The translations under genes and the position numbers were made by a program. A DNA stretch of 64,000 nucleotides, taken from an uncultured bacterium. GTDB taxonomy: Bacteria; Zixibacteria; MSB-5A5; UBA10806. Below, piece by piece: positions 38,227-47,044 of this stretch (its first letter is position 1; every line of letters starts with the position of its first letter). The notes beneath the pieces were generated by a model. The model was not told the origin of the DNA. It worked only from the letters and a program-made list of their open reading frames with translations, and ran no database searches. The stretch is taken from contig CBEUCH010000007.1 of NCBI GenBank assembly GCA_965541585.1, positions 1-64,000 of the forward strand. Direction: 5' to 3'.

Positions 38227-38736
38227 CTACTTTGACTCTGAAATAAGACCGAGCTGTTGATTTGAACTTAATAGATCCGGAAGGAGCCACTGTTCCACAA
38301 TCTTACCCTCAACAATTCGATAGATCGTCATCTCATTTACATGAATCTGCTTCCCGGTGGGTGGGTTACCAAGGAAGCTGCCTTCATTTGTTCCGGTGGA
38401 TATAAAATGAATCGCAACAAAATCTCCTTCGGCAACTATCAGCTTAATTTCTTCCGCCCAGTCCGGAAAAGCCTTGCGGTGGCTACGTACGTGATTTCGT
38501 AATTCTTCAAGACTTGTCGTTTTGGAACCATCAGGTAGGAAATGCCAGACGACATCAGCTGAGAACAGTTCGTCCATTATCTCGTGATTACCCTTGTTCC
38601 AAACTTCTTCGGTCATACGGCGAACGAGTTCCTTGTTACGCTCCTCCAATGTGGCCTCCCGGGTCGATTCGCACCCTGTGATGATTAGGGATGCTGCGAA
38701 TAACATTCCCACCAACATTTGAATTCTTTTTACCAT
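38227..38736 (-). CDS. SnoaL-like ester cyclase family lipoprotein (cassette gene)
   Basis: NKELVRR..EEVWNKG, AFPD, AEGD.V and G.FLG.PPTGK; lipobox LIITG-C. Confidence 0.88.
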   Translation of the reverse strand: MVKRIQMLVGMLFAASLIITGCESTREATLEERNKELVRRMTEEVWNKGNHEIMDELFSADVVWHFLPDGSKTTSLEELRNHVRSHRKAFPDWAEEIKLIVAEGDFVAIHFISTGTNEGSFLGNPPTGKQIHVNEMTIYRIVEGKIVEQWLLPDLLSSNQQLGLISESK

Positions 38737-38752
38737 TGCTTCCTCCTGATCT

Positions 38753-38809
38753 GCCTGACGACCAAGCTGAGCGGCGCGGCTTGTCCGCGTCGGCTGCGAA
38801 TTGTTTCTT
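38753..38809 (-). repeat. Degenerate attC site
   Basis: ...aattcgcagccgacgcggacaagccgcgccgctcagcttggtc GTCAGGC, followed by an RBS and ATG. Confidence 0.65.
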
Positions 38810-38829
38810 GTGATTGCTCATTTGACCGT

Positions 38830-39693
38830 CTATGCAGCAATGATCCAACCACGCTTTTCCGACCGATTCCGGATAACACAATTGAAACCACTGGATTCCA
38901 GGTGGGAAATCAGATCAGCTTCTGTATTGTCGCTCCATAAATCACAATGATACAGGACTAAAATGGTGCCGATGCGCTGGAGAACATATTTCGGGGTGCT
39001 CAGCAAAATAGGGAATTCAGCTCCTTCGCAATTCAGTTTCATGAAATGACATTCGTTAATCTGATTTCTTTCCAAGAAAGCGGACAAGGTGCAAGATTTT
39101 ACGGTTTCACTGGACCTGGAACGTATTCTAACAGTAGAGTGCCCCCAGTTGCCGGTATCGGAATGGTAAAGTGTGCACGTACCTTCTTTGTCTGCTATGG
39201 CTAAATGATGAACTGTAATGTTGGCACATTGATTTAAAGCGACATTAATTCGTAAGAGGTTGAAGGAATCTTCACTGGCTTCAATCGCATGCACCCTGCC
39301 ACGTCCTACTTTAGACGATGATAGAAGGGAGAATGTGCCGATGTCAGCCCCGATATCGATGATCACGTGGCCCTCGTCGGGTCGGTACTCCGGAACTCCT
39401 GAGAAAAAAATGTCATTATCAAAACTGCACCCAATAACTGCTTCATCTGCAGTATCCTTTCGATACGCGATTTCAAATCCGCCAAATGAACCAATAGTTA
39501 TCATCGACGGCCCATCAAGAGCTCGTCCTGCAAATGTTCGGAGTATCATTTGATAAAACGGTCGGATAATGGTTTTTAGCTTTTCCGGAAGAAAGCGTGC
39601 AATTCTCTTCTTTACGTTTATCACGTTTTGTCTCACATCAGTGGTGCCGTCTTTATCGGACGGATCGGCATAGAATCTCCTTGATAACCTCAC
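38830..39693 (-). CDS. FkbM-family SAM-dependent methyltransferase (cassette gene)
   Basis: IIDIGADIG, V.AIEA...F.LL..N...N and KLNCEGAE. Start codon uncertain. Confidence 0.85.
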   Translation of the reverse strand: MRLSRRFYADPSDKDGTTDVRQNVINVKKRIARFLPEKLKTIIRPFYQMILRTFAGRALDGPSMITIGSFGGFEIAYRKDTADEAVIGCSFDNDIFFSGVPEYRPDEGHVIIDIGADIGTFSLLSSSKVGRGRVHAIEASEDSFNLLRINVALNQCANITVHHLAIADKEGTCTLYHSDTGNWGHSTVRIRSRSSETVKSCTLSAFLERNQINECHFMKLNCEGAEFPILLSTPKYVLQRIGTILVLYHCDLWSDNTEADLISHLESSGFNCVIRNRSEKRGWIIAA

Positions 39694-39697
39694 GACC

Positions 39698-39763
39698 CGT
39701 CAACGGGGCTACGAGGCAGCCGCGCCCGCTTTTTTGGCGTCAGCTCAATTTGTCTTGTTAGCA
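39698..39763 (-). repeat. Hybrid attC-like site overlapping the stop of the upstream gene
   Basis: TGCTAAC aagacaaattgagctgacgcc...gcgcggctg...GTTGACG. Confidence 0.6.
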
Positions 39764-40311
39764 TTCTTCAAATGGAGGAGCCAATAAGTCACAATTAACG
39801 GTATTAAACCTAAGACAATGCAAGTGAAAACCAGAATACAACGTTGGTTACTAAGGAAAATGAGAACTATCCAAGCGATAACGAACACAAATGCTATAAA
39901 GCTGGGTAGGACAGATGACGAACGGGCTGGCCAATGAGGTTTCATGCCAAATGACACTACTGGTTTGTCTTTGTTCAGGTCTTCAGCCAGTGTATTGGAC
40001 AAAGACGTCCACAGATAGTGCATCCTGCCTGCTGCACATGTACCTATAAAAGACGAAAGTGCAATAAGAAAGCCTGCGCAAGTAACAATTGCTCTCAACC
40101 ACAGCAAGTCATCGACTCTTGAGTCATGGTACTGTTCAATAATAAACGCTAATGCCGCAAACAAAACTCCCTGTGGTACAAAAAGCCAGTTCAGGCGTGA
40201 ATGCATCCAGTCTTTTTCTTTGTTGGCTGCATCTGCATATCGTTCCCAACGCTTAATCGGATCAGTTAGATCATCGCACATTTTGCTTTTCTCCAATTTA
40301 CTTTTATGCAC
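39745..40311 (-). CDS. Hypothetical 4-TM membrane protein (cassette gene)
   Basis: Four hydrophobic segments; flanked by attC sites. The start may be the internal ATG at 40281. Confidence 0.7.
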   Translation of the reverse strand: MHKSKLEKSKMCDDLTDPIKRWERYADAANKEKDWMHSRLNWLFVPQGVLFAALAFIIEQYHDSRVDDLLWLRAIVTCAGFLIALSSFIGTCAAGRMHYLWTSLSNTLAEDLNKDKPVVSFGMKPHWPARSSSVLPSFIAFVFVIAWIVLIFLSNQRCILVFTCIVLGLIPLIVTYWLLHLKNANKTN

Positions 40312-40320
40312 TCCTCAGCC

Positions 40321-40378
40321 AGCTAACGATGCCCTTAAGCGGCGGCGGAATGCCGTTTGCTGGAGTGACTTGTTATGC
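40321..40378 (-). repeat. attC site
   Basis: GCATAAC aagtcactccagcaaacggc...gccgccgcttaagggcatc GTTAGCT (58 bp). Confidence 0.85.
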
Positions 40379-40402
40379 AGCGTGCCCTGGATGCAACATC
40401 GA

Positions 40403-40882
40403 CTATCCATCATCGTCGAACAGAATCGAGCACGGCCATTTCGATGCCAGCTGCGATATCCATTCCTCAACGGGGGTAGCGCGGTCTGGTTCCCCGGTCC
40501 TGAATAGAACACCGGCTGCAAGCGCTCCCGACCGCATGTGATCAAGGACCTTTTCATGGCTACAGTTATCTCCCGCGCCGCACTCGGTGCATTCCCGGAA
40601 GCCCTTATCTGAAGCGCAGGCCCTGATCTCGCAGTTCTCTCTGCCTCCGCCCTTCAGGCAACCGGGACATGAAGGCATAGTCTGAATAGACTGGAGGCCT
40701 TTCGCGAACTCGGCGTAGTCGAAGTCCCCGGGCCCCCACTCCCGCAGACCATAGGCATTGATTATCTCCTGATACCTCCTGGTCAGCTCCTTGAGCACTC
40801 CGTTGCCGACGACGCAGCTGCCGCACCAAGCGCCGCAGGAGCCGATCTGATTCCTAACGTTCTCGAAATCTTCATGATCCAC
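40403..40882 (-). CDS. DUF3795-like Cys-rich protein
   Basis: CGAWCGSC...CPGC...CEIRACA...CTEC...C. Confidence 0.75.
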   Translation of the reverse strand: MDHEDFENVRNQIGSCGAWCGSCVVGNGVLKELTRRYQEIINAYGLREWGPGDFDYAEFAKGLQSIQTMPSCPGCLKGGGRENCEIRACASDKGFRECTECGAGDNCSHEKVLDHMRSGALAAGVLFRTGEPDRATPVEEWISQLASKWPCSILFDDDG

Positions 40883-40888
40883 GTGGCC

Positions 40889-41065
40889 TTACTCGTCTCG
40901 CATAACAGTACGGACTTTCTCGACCACTTCCGGCGGGACCTCCTGGATGCCATGGACTTCTTTCGCGTGTTCGGCGACCAGCTTCAGCGCTTTCTCTTCA
41001 GTATCAGCGCGGATCACACCATCGCAGTCAAATCCAACATCCCTGCATTTCACTACTTTCGTCAT
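40889..41065 (-). CDS. DUF1059-like small metal-binding protein (58 aa, absent from the ORF track)
   Basis: MTKVVKCRDVGFDCDGVIRADTEEKALKLVAEHAKEVHGIQEVPPEVVEKVRTVMRDE; GAGGAGG RBS. Confidence 0.85.
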   Translation of the reverse strand: MTKVVKCRDVGFDCDGVIRADTEEKALKLVAEHAKEVHGIQEVPPEVVEKVRTVMRDE

Positions 41066-41211
41066 GTTGAACCTCCTCCTCGGGAATGCGGCTTCAAAGT
41101 CTGTTAGCCACTATTCCCGCTATATTTAACGACTGGTGATACCTAACACCGTATCACATACCACATTTTCATAATCGTATAGCCTGCCCAGCTATCAATG
41201 TCAACAAGAAT
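41063..41211 (-). promoter_or_regulatory. Module A copy 2: promoter, structured leader and RBS
   Basis: TTGACA-17-TATACG (41204-41176); same hairpins and RBS as copy 1. Confidence 0.8.
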
Positions 41212-41225
41212 GAAGGAAAACAAAT

Positions 41226-41275
41226 AAGATTCTCACCGCGTGCCGGCATTTTCTCTTTAAATAGAAAAAAGATCT
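41226..41275. repeat. Repeat D copy 1; copy 2 at 44120-44169
   Basis: aagattctcaccgcgtgccggcattttctctttaaatagaaaaaagatct versus aagatcctcaccgcctaccggcgttttctctttaagtagaaagaaggtct. Confidence 0.8.
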
Positions 41276-41418
41276 TTTATTAACTGAAATCCTTGCCCAG
41301 GATTATTACGGCAAGAATAACCGCTATAATCGCTATAGGCGCCGTAAATTTCAAAAAGAACCGGAAAAATTTAATTGTCATTGTCGCGTTGCCGACGTCG
41401 TCGATACGCGGGAACAGG

Positions 41419-41548
41419 GGCTAACGCTATCATCACCCGCAAAAGGGCATGATTGCATTTAGCTTAGAGTCTCCAAATGAGCTTTGAGAGAACACCCAAC
41501 GAACCCGAAACACTGCTGCCCATTCGTCGGATGAATAAATTGCCAGCA
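41419..41548 (-). repeat. Long degenerate attC site downstream of the DUF4157 gene
   Basis: tgctggc aatttattcatccgac...gggcag...tgccc...gcgggtgatgatagc GTTAGCC. Confidence 0.55.
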
Positions 41549-41593
41549 GGCTTCAAACTTCGCAGCCTCGGATCAGGGTCTGGCAGGCGTTCA

Positions 41594-43828
41594 TTACAAC
41601 TCGACGCCCAGGGTAATTCCTCCTCCGATCCGTATGTCTTGCCCTGTCAGCGGTAGGAGCACGAAGCCCTCAGCTCCCACGCGGATGGTTTGCCAGGCGC
41701 GAATACCGACACCAACGAAGGGCGACACATCAAGGCGGCCAGTGCCATCTGCTAGGGCCTTTGTGCCCACAAACCGTAGGCCACCGCTGGCGTAGATATA
41801 GGGCTCTTGATACTCCGCGGCGATACCAATACTTGCTCCCAGCGTGTCTGGATTCTTGACCGGAGAGCCCAAGAGTTGGCCCTCCAGCAGGAATTGACCC
41901 TTCGCATAAGGCTCAGTCCGGCCCAGGACCCGAGTGTAGCGGACGGCAATAGTCTTGTCATCGGCCCCTTTGGTGAAGTAGAGTCCCACGCCGAGGACGT
42001 TCCTGCTGGCCCCCTGTTTGGCCTGAGCCTGGCTTCGGTATTTCGCTACGTAGCGGCGGGCAGCGGCGGCATCCCACTCTTTGGTGAACCCTTTACTTGC
42101 TTCTTTGACATCTTCCCTTTCATCCTTGTCTCTCGCTTGCCAGCCGATGAGGTCCAAGCGGCCACGGAAGTAAGCCAAACGCATACTTTCTTCTATCGCC
42201 GCACCGCCGACCTTGGCGAATCGAAACGGTCCTTTCATCGCATCGCGCACGCTGATGGCCTTATTATACTGCTTCTTATAAGAGGGATCGACGCCGACGA
42301 CGACCTGTTGAGTGAAATACTCAGTGAAACCCTCATTGATGTTGCGCTCGTCGTGGAACGCGGCATGAAATGCCGGGTGCGCCAACGCGTGGATCAATTC
42401 GTGCACCGCCGTGTGGTAGAACTTTTCGCGTGGTCTGGGGATTAGGCGTGCCCTCGACTCAAGGTGACTGTAAGACCCGGGGACGCGCGCCGATGCCACT
42501 CGTCGCAATAGTTCGCCGCGGTCTTTGAGAGCGGCTAGGACCAGGGCGTCGATGACGGCCTTTCTTGAAGCAGTATCGAGCCCAGCCAGTTTGGCTACAC
42601 ACTTCTTGCAGTTCGTCGCCGTGATGGCGGTGCTCGCCAGATCGCGAGTGACAGTAGGAGAGGGTTGAAAGACGACGAGCACCTGATCGGCTTTCTTCCG
42701 CGATAACCGGGTCGTGGTTTTGTCCTTGGTCAAGTTGATGCGACGGGTGGCATACCTGCCGAAGCGCTTGAGGATCTCCTTTCTGGCTTGCTGGGCGACG
42801 CCGAACGCGTCGGCCTCGTTGAGCACATTGCCGCTTGATTTAGGTGGGCCGGTGTCCAAGCTGTCGAGGGCTCTGAAGTAAGGTTCTATCAGGTCCTCTA
42901 CGAGTGCCTCTCTCTCCTTTGCGTCCAGCGAGCGCGCCGTTTCTTCGGCGGGCTCACCGGGGGCGGCTGGCGGAGTTGCTTCTGTTTTCCCGAGTTCTCG
43001 GGACATGGCCTTCTCGATCTCGCGCTGTTCATCCTCAGTGGGATAGTGAGGCTCGATTGCCGCTTGCCGGAACAGTTGCGGTTGCCGGTGCTCCCTCTGC
43101 GCGACGTGAGCCAACTCGTGGGCCAAGAGCGTGCGGCCCGGCTGCGTGTGAGGGGCGAACTCGCCCCGGCGGAATACGACGTCAGCACCGACCGTGAATG
43201 CACGTGCATTCACTGCCTGCGCCGCCGCATCCCCGCGCGTGTCGGCATGCACCCGCACCTGACTAAAGTCATGACCGAATCGTGACCCAAAGAAGCCAAT
43301 TGTGGATTTAGGCAAAGGCTTACCAGCACCTTTCAAAGACGGGAACTCACCCGGCAGGTGAGATGAATCTAAGGATGTAGGACTTGTCCGGGAGTGCTCT
43401 TTTTCCCCGTGGCCTTTGGGTTTGGACCTACAACGCGGACAACCGCCGTCACATGCACAGGCTTGATATCGTCGTGGTTCAGACATACGCATCACCTGAT
43501 TGGCCACACGGTCAGCCTCCTGTTCATATGTGTCTCCAGGAGTACTGACCATCAGTTTCGGTTGAATCTTCGTACGTGCTTGCGGATGCAACGGTATTTG
43601 GCTGAAATCATGCGCCAAGCAAGCTTTTGCACTCGTACCGGAACCCACTTCAGGATTTTCAGCATTTACGTGCATCAAACGCTGCACTGCTTGATTTCCA
43701 ATCGTGCGTTGCAGGTGAAGAATGGCCTTTACCTCATGGCTTTGTCCAGACAATGCCCCACCGGCCCTTGCAGAGCTTGTAGATTTGGCCTCTTGAGTTG
43801 GGTTCTGTTTATGGGCAAATGTCCGCAT
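41594..43828 (-). CDS. DUF4157 (eCIS core domain) protein with a second HExxH metallopeptidase-like domain and a beta-rich C-terminus
   Basis: LQRTIGNQAV, EQEADRVA, FG.DFSQVRVH, ARAFTVG and LAHELAHV; then HELIH...NEGFTE. Confidence 0.85.
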   Translation of the reverse strand: MRTFAHKQNPTQEAKSTSSARAGGALSGQSHEVKAILHLQRTIGNQAVQRLMHVNAENPEVGSGTSAKACLAHDFSQIPLHPQARTKIQPKLMVSTPGDTYEQEADRVANQVMRMSEPRRYQACACDGGCPRCRSKPKGHGEKEHSRTSPTSLDSSHLPGEFPSLKGAGKPLPKSTIGFFGSRFGHDFSQVRVHADTRGDAAAQAVNARAFTVGADVVFRRGEFAPHTQPGRTLLAHELAHVAQREHRQPQLFRQAAIEPHYPTEDEQREIEKAMSRELGKTEATPPAAPGEPAEETARSLDAKEREALVEDLIEPYFRALDSLDTGPPKSSGNVLNEADAFGVAQQARKEILKRFGRYATRRINLTKDKTTTRLSRKKADQVLVVFQPSPTVTRDLASTAITATNCKKCVAKLAGLDTASRKAVIDALVLAALKDRGELLRRVASARVPGSYSHLESRARLIPRPREKFYHTAVHELIHALAHPAFHAAFHDERNINEGFTEYFTQQVVVGVDPSYKKQYNKAISVRDAMKGPFRFAKVGGAAIEESMRLAYFRGRLDLIGWQARDKDEREDVKEASKGFTKEWDAAAARRYVAKYRSQAQAKQGASRNVLGVGLYFTKGADDKTIAVRYTRVLGRTEPYAKGQFLLEGQLLGSPVKNPDTLGASIGIAAEYQEPYIYASGGLRFVGTKALADGTGRLDVSPFVGVGIRAWQTIRVGAEGFVLLPLTGQDIRIGGGITLGVEL

Positions 43829-43858
43829 TGTTCTTTTTCCTCTCGTCTAGGTGATGAC

Positions 43859-44071
43859 GCCTAACTATGTATATATGGTTTCCGTATAAGAACCCAAACA
43901 GCGCTGATTCTGCAGTATAAAACATTCGTAACCGTCCTCAGGTACTTTTAAAGTATCGAGCAATGCACCCAACATCAAATATCCATCTCTTAAATTTGCA
44001 ATTCAGTTTATAACACATTCAAGGTTGCAATGCAAGTGGAAAATATCTTTTTTTTCAAGCGGAGGCCCGCG
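43859..44071 (-). promoter_or_regulatory. Module B copy 2: promoter plus attI-like end
   Basis: TTGCAT-17-TATAAA (44035-44007); ends ...catatatacataGTTAGGC, about 30 nt before the DUF4157 ATG. Confidence 0.7.
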
Positions 44072-44181
44072 TTCGCCCGCACTACCATCACATCCTGCGC
44101 GGAAAAAAATGTTGAGTAAAAGATCCTCACCGCCTACCGGCGTTTTCTCTTTAAGTAGAAAGAAGGTCTATCGAAGCTATT

Positions 44182-44274
44182 TTATTTTTTTACGGTTCTG
44201 AAGGCGCAGAATAATAATCCTCCGAGGAGGATCCCGCCGCATATGAATAACATTATCCAGGCTGATGCCGGCAT
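44182..44274 (-). CDS. MetS-like small subunit of the NSS transporter (30 aa, absent from the ORF track)
   Basis: MPASAWIMLFICGGILLGGLLFCAFRTVKK begins 2 nt after the transporter stop. Confidence 0.75.
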   Translation of the reverse strand: MPASAWIMLFICGGILLGGLLFCAFRTVKK

Positions 44275-44276
44275 AA

Positions 44277-45749
44277 TTAATCCCTTCCTTTTGATTTATA
44301 CATAAAGTACGCCGCAGTGGCGATCAATACCAGAATCAGCCATCCCGCCAGGAATTCCGGGAGTCTTCCGTAATTCTCATAGGAGCCCTTGATTCGGCTG
44401 ATGAATTCGGTCCCGATGAGTATTACCAGAAGAATGGGCGTGAAATATTTTATGCTTATTTCCCACCATTTTCCGACACGGAATTCCGAGATGGAGTTTG
44501 CATATTCTTTTATTTTCCCCGCGCCGTACATCCAGCCTATGAATATACATGAGCCTAGCACCGAAATCCCCAGGGCTATATAATTCATGAAATGGTCGAG
44601 AATGTCCAGCCAGAACAACCCTGCGCCGGTACAGAAGACCAGACCGATTGTAAACGCTATGGATGATACAGTGAGGTTAGCTTTGAGATGGGAGAATTTC
44701 CATTTATCTATAATACTGGCTGTTAGACCTTCCACCATTGAGAACGCGGAATCGATGGCCAGAGTGAGCAGCATCAGGAAGAACAGGACGCCAAAGAATG
44801 GGGCCAGAGGCAGGTTTGCAATGATTGCAGGATATGTAACGAAGGCCAGCCCCGGCCCGGCGATATCGCCTAACTCACTCACGGATTTTCCGAGAACATG
44901 CGCATGGTATCCCAGCCCTCCGAATACCGCCAATCCTCCAACGAATGCGGTCAGAGCATCGGCGAAACCTACTATAAAAGCGTTGTTGACCAGATCTGTC
45001 TTGCGGGGGAGGAAACTGGAATAGGCGATCATGATCCCGAAGCCCACCGACAGGGAGAAGAATATCTGCGTATAGGCGGCGAGCCATACCCCCGGGTTGA
45101 GCAATTTTGAAAAATCGGGAGTCAGATAGTAAGCCAGGCCATCCATCGCGCCGGGCAGCGTGATCCCGCGGACAACGAATACGATCAGCAGGAGCCATGG
45201 TATGAGCACGGTGAAGTAGACTACCTTGCTAACTGTCTTAGCTCCCTTCCAGACCGAAAAAACGATCCAGATCCATGAGATGAAAAGTCCCAACGCCAGC
45301 ACTATGAATTGCTTTGTGAATCCTCCGAAGTCAAACGGGCCCGAGGTTATTCCCAGGGTTTCATTGAAAAAGTAGCCGGCGGGGTCCTGGGCGTAGGCCT
45401 GTGTTATGGAGGCGATTCCGTATTTTATACAGTAGGCCATTATAACGGAATAATAAGTAACGATCATAAAGCCTATAAGCACAGGTACCCAGCCGAACCA
45501 TTCCAGTTTCTTGCTGATCTTACTGAATGATAAAGGGGAAGCTCCCTCCATCTTGTGCCCCAGGCCGAATTCCAATATGAGCAATGGGATCCCCGTGGTC
45601 AGGAGAGCCACTATATACGCGATCAGGAATGCGCCGCCCCCGTTTTGATAGCATACGAAAGGAAATCTCCAGATATTGCCCAAACCGATAGCGGAGCCTA
45701 TGGCCGCAAGTATGAATGCCATCCTGTTGTCCCAGTGCTCTCTTACCAT
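44277..45749 (-). CDS. Sodium-dependent NSS (SNF) family transporter
   Basis: REHW...GSAIGLGNIWRFP, QIFFSLS and GPGLAFV.YP. Confidence 0.95.
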   Translation of the reverse strand: MVREHWDNRMAFILAAIGSAIGLGNIWRFPFVCYQNGGGAFLIAYIVALLTTGIPLLILEFGLGHKMEGASPLSFSKISKKLEWFGWVPVLIGFMIVTYYSVIMAYCIKYGIASITQAYAQDPAGYFFNETLGITSGPFDFGGFTKQFIVLALGLFISWIWIVFSVWKGAKTVSKVVYFTVLIPWLLLIVFVVRGITLPGAMDGLAYYLTPDFSKLLNPGVWLAAYTQIFFSLSVGFGIMIAYSSFLPRKTDLVNNAFIVGFADALTAFVGGLAVFGGLGYHAHVLGKSVSELGDIAGPGLAFVTYPAIIANLPLAPFFGVLFFLMLLTLAIDSAFSMVEGLTASIIDKWKFSHLKANLTVSSIAFTIGLVFCTGAGLFWLDILDHFMNYIALGISVLGSCIFIGWMYGAGKIKEYANSISEFRVGKWWEISIKYFTPILLVILIGTEFISRIKGSYENYGRLPEFLAGWLILVLIATAAYFMYKSKGRD

Positions 45750-45853
45750 TATTTCCTCCCGAATGAATTTACATACATCGATATGAGATCATTACAAGCT
45801 CAAGAAAAACAGCGCGGAGTTAATTTTTGAAAGATCGCTACAAACTGCTGACC

Positions 45854-45883
45854 ATTATAAAAATAGTTATCCAATAGCGTCAA
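45854..45883 (-). promoter_or_regulatory. sigma70 promoter of the NSS transporter
   Basis: TTGACG-18 nt-TATAAT. Confidence 0.65.
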
Positions 45884-45913
45884 GTTCTTTTGGAGATATT
45901 TTCAATTGTTGAT

Positions 45914-47044
45914 CTAATTTTCGGATAATACCAGAACCTCGCTGGCTGTAATCTGTCGCATAAGATCGTTTTCTTCTTTGCGCCAGATTAAGAATGTCAG
46001 ATCTTCACGTGGGATTTTTGATAAGTCCAGGTCTCCGATATGCCGCCATTCGCGTTCCGTGCTCCAATCGATGTCTCTTTGTCCTCGACTCTGAAAATAT
46101 GGTTTATCAGGATCCGGAAGGAGTTCGTAATCGTCCGGGTATCCATATATGACCGGCTTGATCCCGATCTCGGATGCTGCCCTCTTGCGGATAGCGATCC
46201 CGTAAGGCTCGAAGTTCCAGTTGACTTTTTTGGGAAGCCAGCGCATCTGACTGAGGACTTCCCGGGGAGTAGATTCCGTGAATCCCACTACCTCCAGACC
46301 ATCGCGTATTTTTTTTGACGAGGCTCTTACCATTCCCTCCTCAGCGATATTTGTGAGAACATTGAAGGCGCTGTTCGGATATATATTTTCTGATTTAATC
46401 AATTGTTTGTAAAAATCCCGCTTTGTCTGACCCGGCCAGGGGCCGTGATGAGTCCTTGTCCAGTGGGTAATATAATCCCAGCCTTCAAAATTGGACGATA
46501 TGGATTTATCCTTATAACCCGGCGGTCTGACGATTGGCTTCTTGTATTCTATTTGATATTTCGATAGGATTCCCTGCTCATCGCCTAACGTTTTCAAAAG
46601 GTTCTCGAGTCTACCTTCGGGTCGAATGGAAACGGGCACCAGAAGGTTCGCCAGCGTTATAGCGGCTTTGTCACGCTTTAGCCAGGTTGCCTTCGGCTTT
46701 CGCGAGTCCGGTTCAGGAGCGACGAAAACCATGGCAGTTCTGTCAATATCAAGGCCAAAGTCATGGATCGTTTTCTGGAAGATGATCTTGCCGTTCTCGT
46801 TATCGTTGTAAGGACTTACGATTATCTGATCGCCGTCATTTTCCGAAACCAGATAAGCGGCTAATTCCCACGTCGTAAGTCCTATGCTGGTTATGATTGT
46901 ATAGCCGGATCTAACGAGATCTGCTATTGCTATCGATGTGGCGGCGACCCAGGAATCGTTACCGCAGGGCGTCTTCGACTGGCTGCTGTTTAGGATTACT
47001 GCCAGTTTGCCTGTCAACAAATCCCTGTTTCCCTGGACTATCAT
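45914..47044 (-). CDS. Hypothetical two-domain protein: SLOG/DprA-like N-terminus plus AbiGi-like C-terminus (tentative)
   Basis: N-terminal AVILNS...LVRSGYTIITS...RD.....A..LV.V pattern; C-terminal H.TR...GFTE...YGIAI.K......GIKPVIY...EREWR. Confidence 0.5.
   Translation of the reverse strand: MIVQGNRDLLTGKLAVILNSSQSKTPCGNDSWVAATSIAIADLVRSGYTIITSIGLTTWELAAYLVSENDGDQIIVSPYNDNENGKIIFQKTIHDFGLDIDRTAMVFVAPEPDSRKPKATWLKRDKAAITLANLLVPVSIRPEGRLENLLKTLGDEQGILSKYQIEYKKPIVRPPGYKDKSISSNFEGWDYITHWTRTHHGPWPGQTKRDFYKQLIKSENIYPNSAFNVLTNIAEEGMVRASSKKIRDGLEVVGFTESTPREVLSQMRWLPKKVNWNFEPYGIAIRKRAASEIGIKPVIYGYPDDYELLPDPDKPYFQSRGQRDIDWSTEREWRHIGDLDLSKIPREDLTFLIWRKEENDLMRQITASEVLVLSEN

Larger units (their letters stand above)
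34399..44169 (-). mobile_element. Integrase-less integron-like gene-cassette region (CALIN-like)
   Basis: About eleven unrelated co-oriented small genes separated by complete, hybrid or half attC-like sites and by repeated intergenic modules. No tyrosine recombinase in the window. Confidence 0.75.

Noticed and set aside
43865..43975. 36-aa ORF inside module B copy 2
   Set aside because: The equivalent frame in copy 1 has a premature stop and many non-synonymous changes.
34399..44169. CRISPR array, prophage or IS element
   Set aside because: Repeats are long, irregularly spaced and separated by genes; no cas, phage structural, transposase or integrase ORF.
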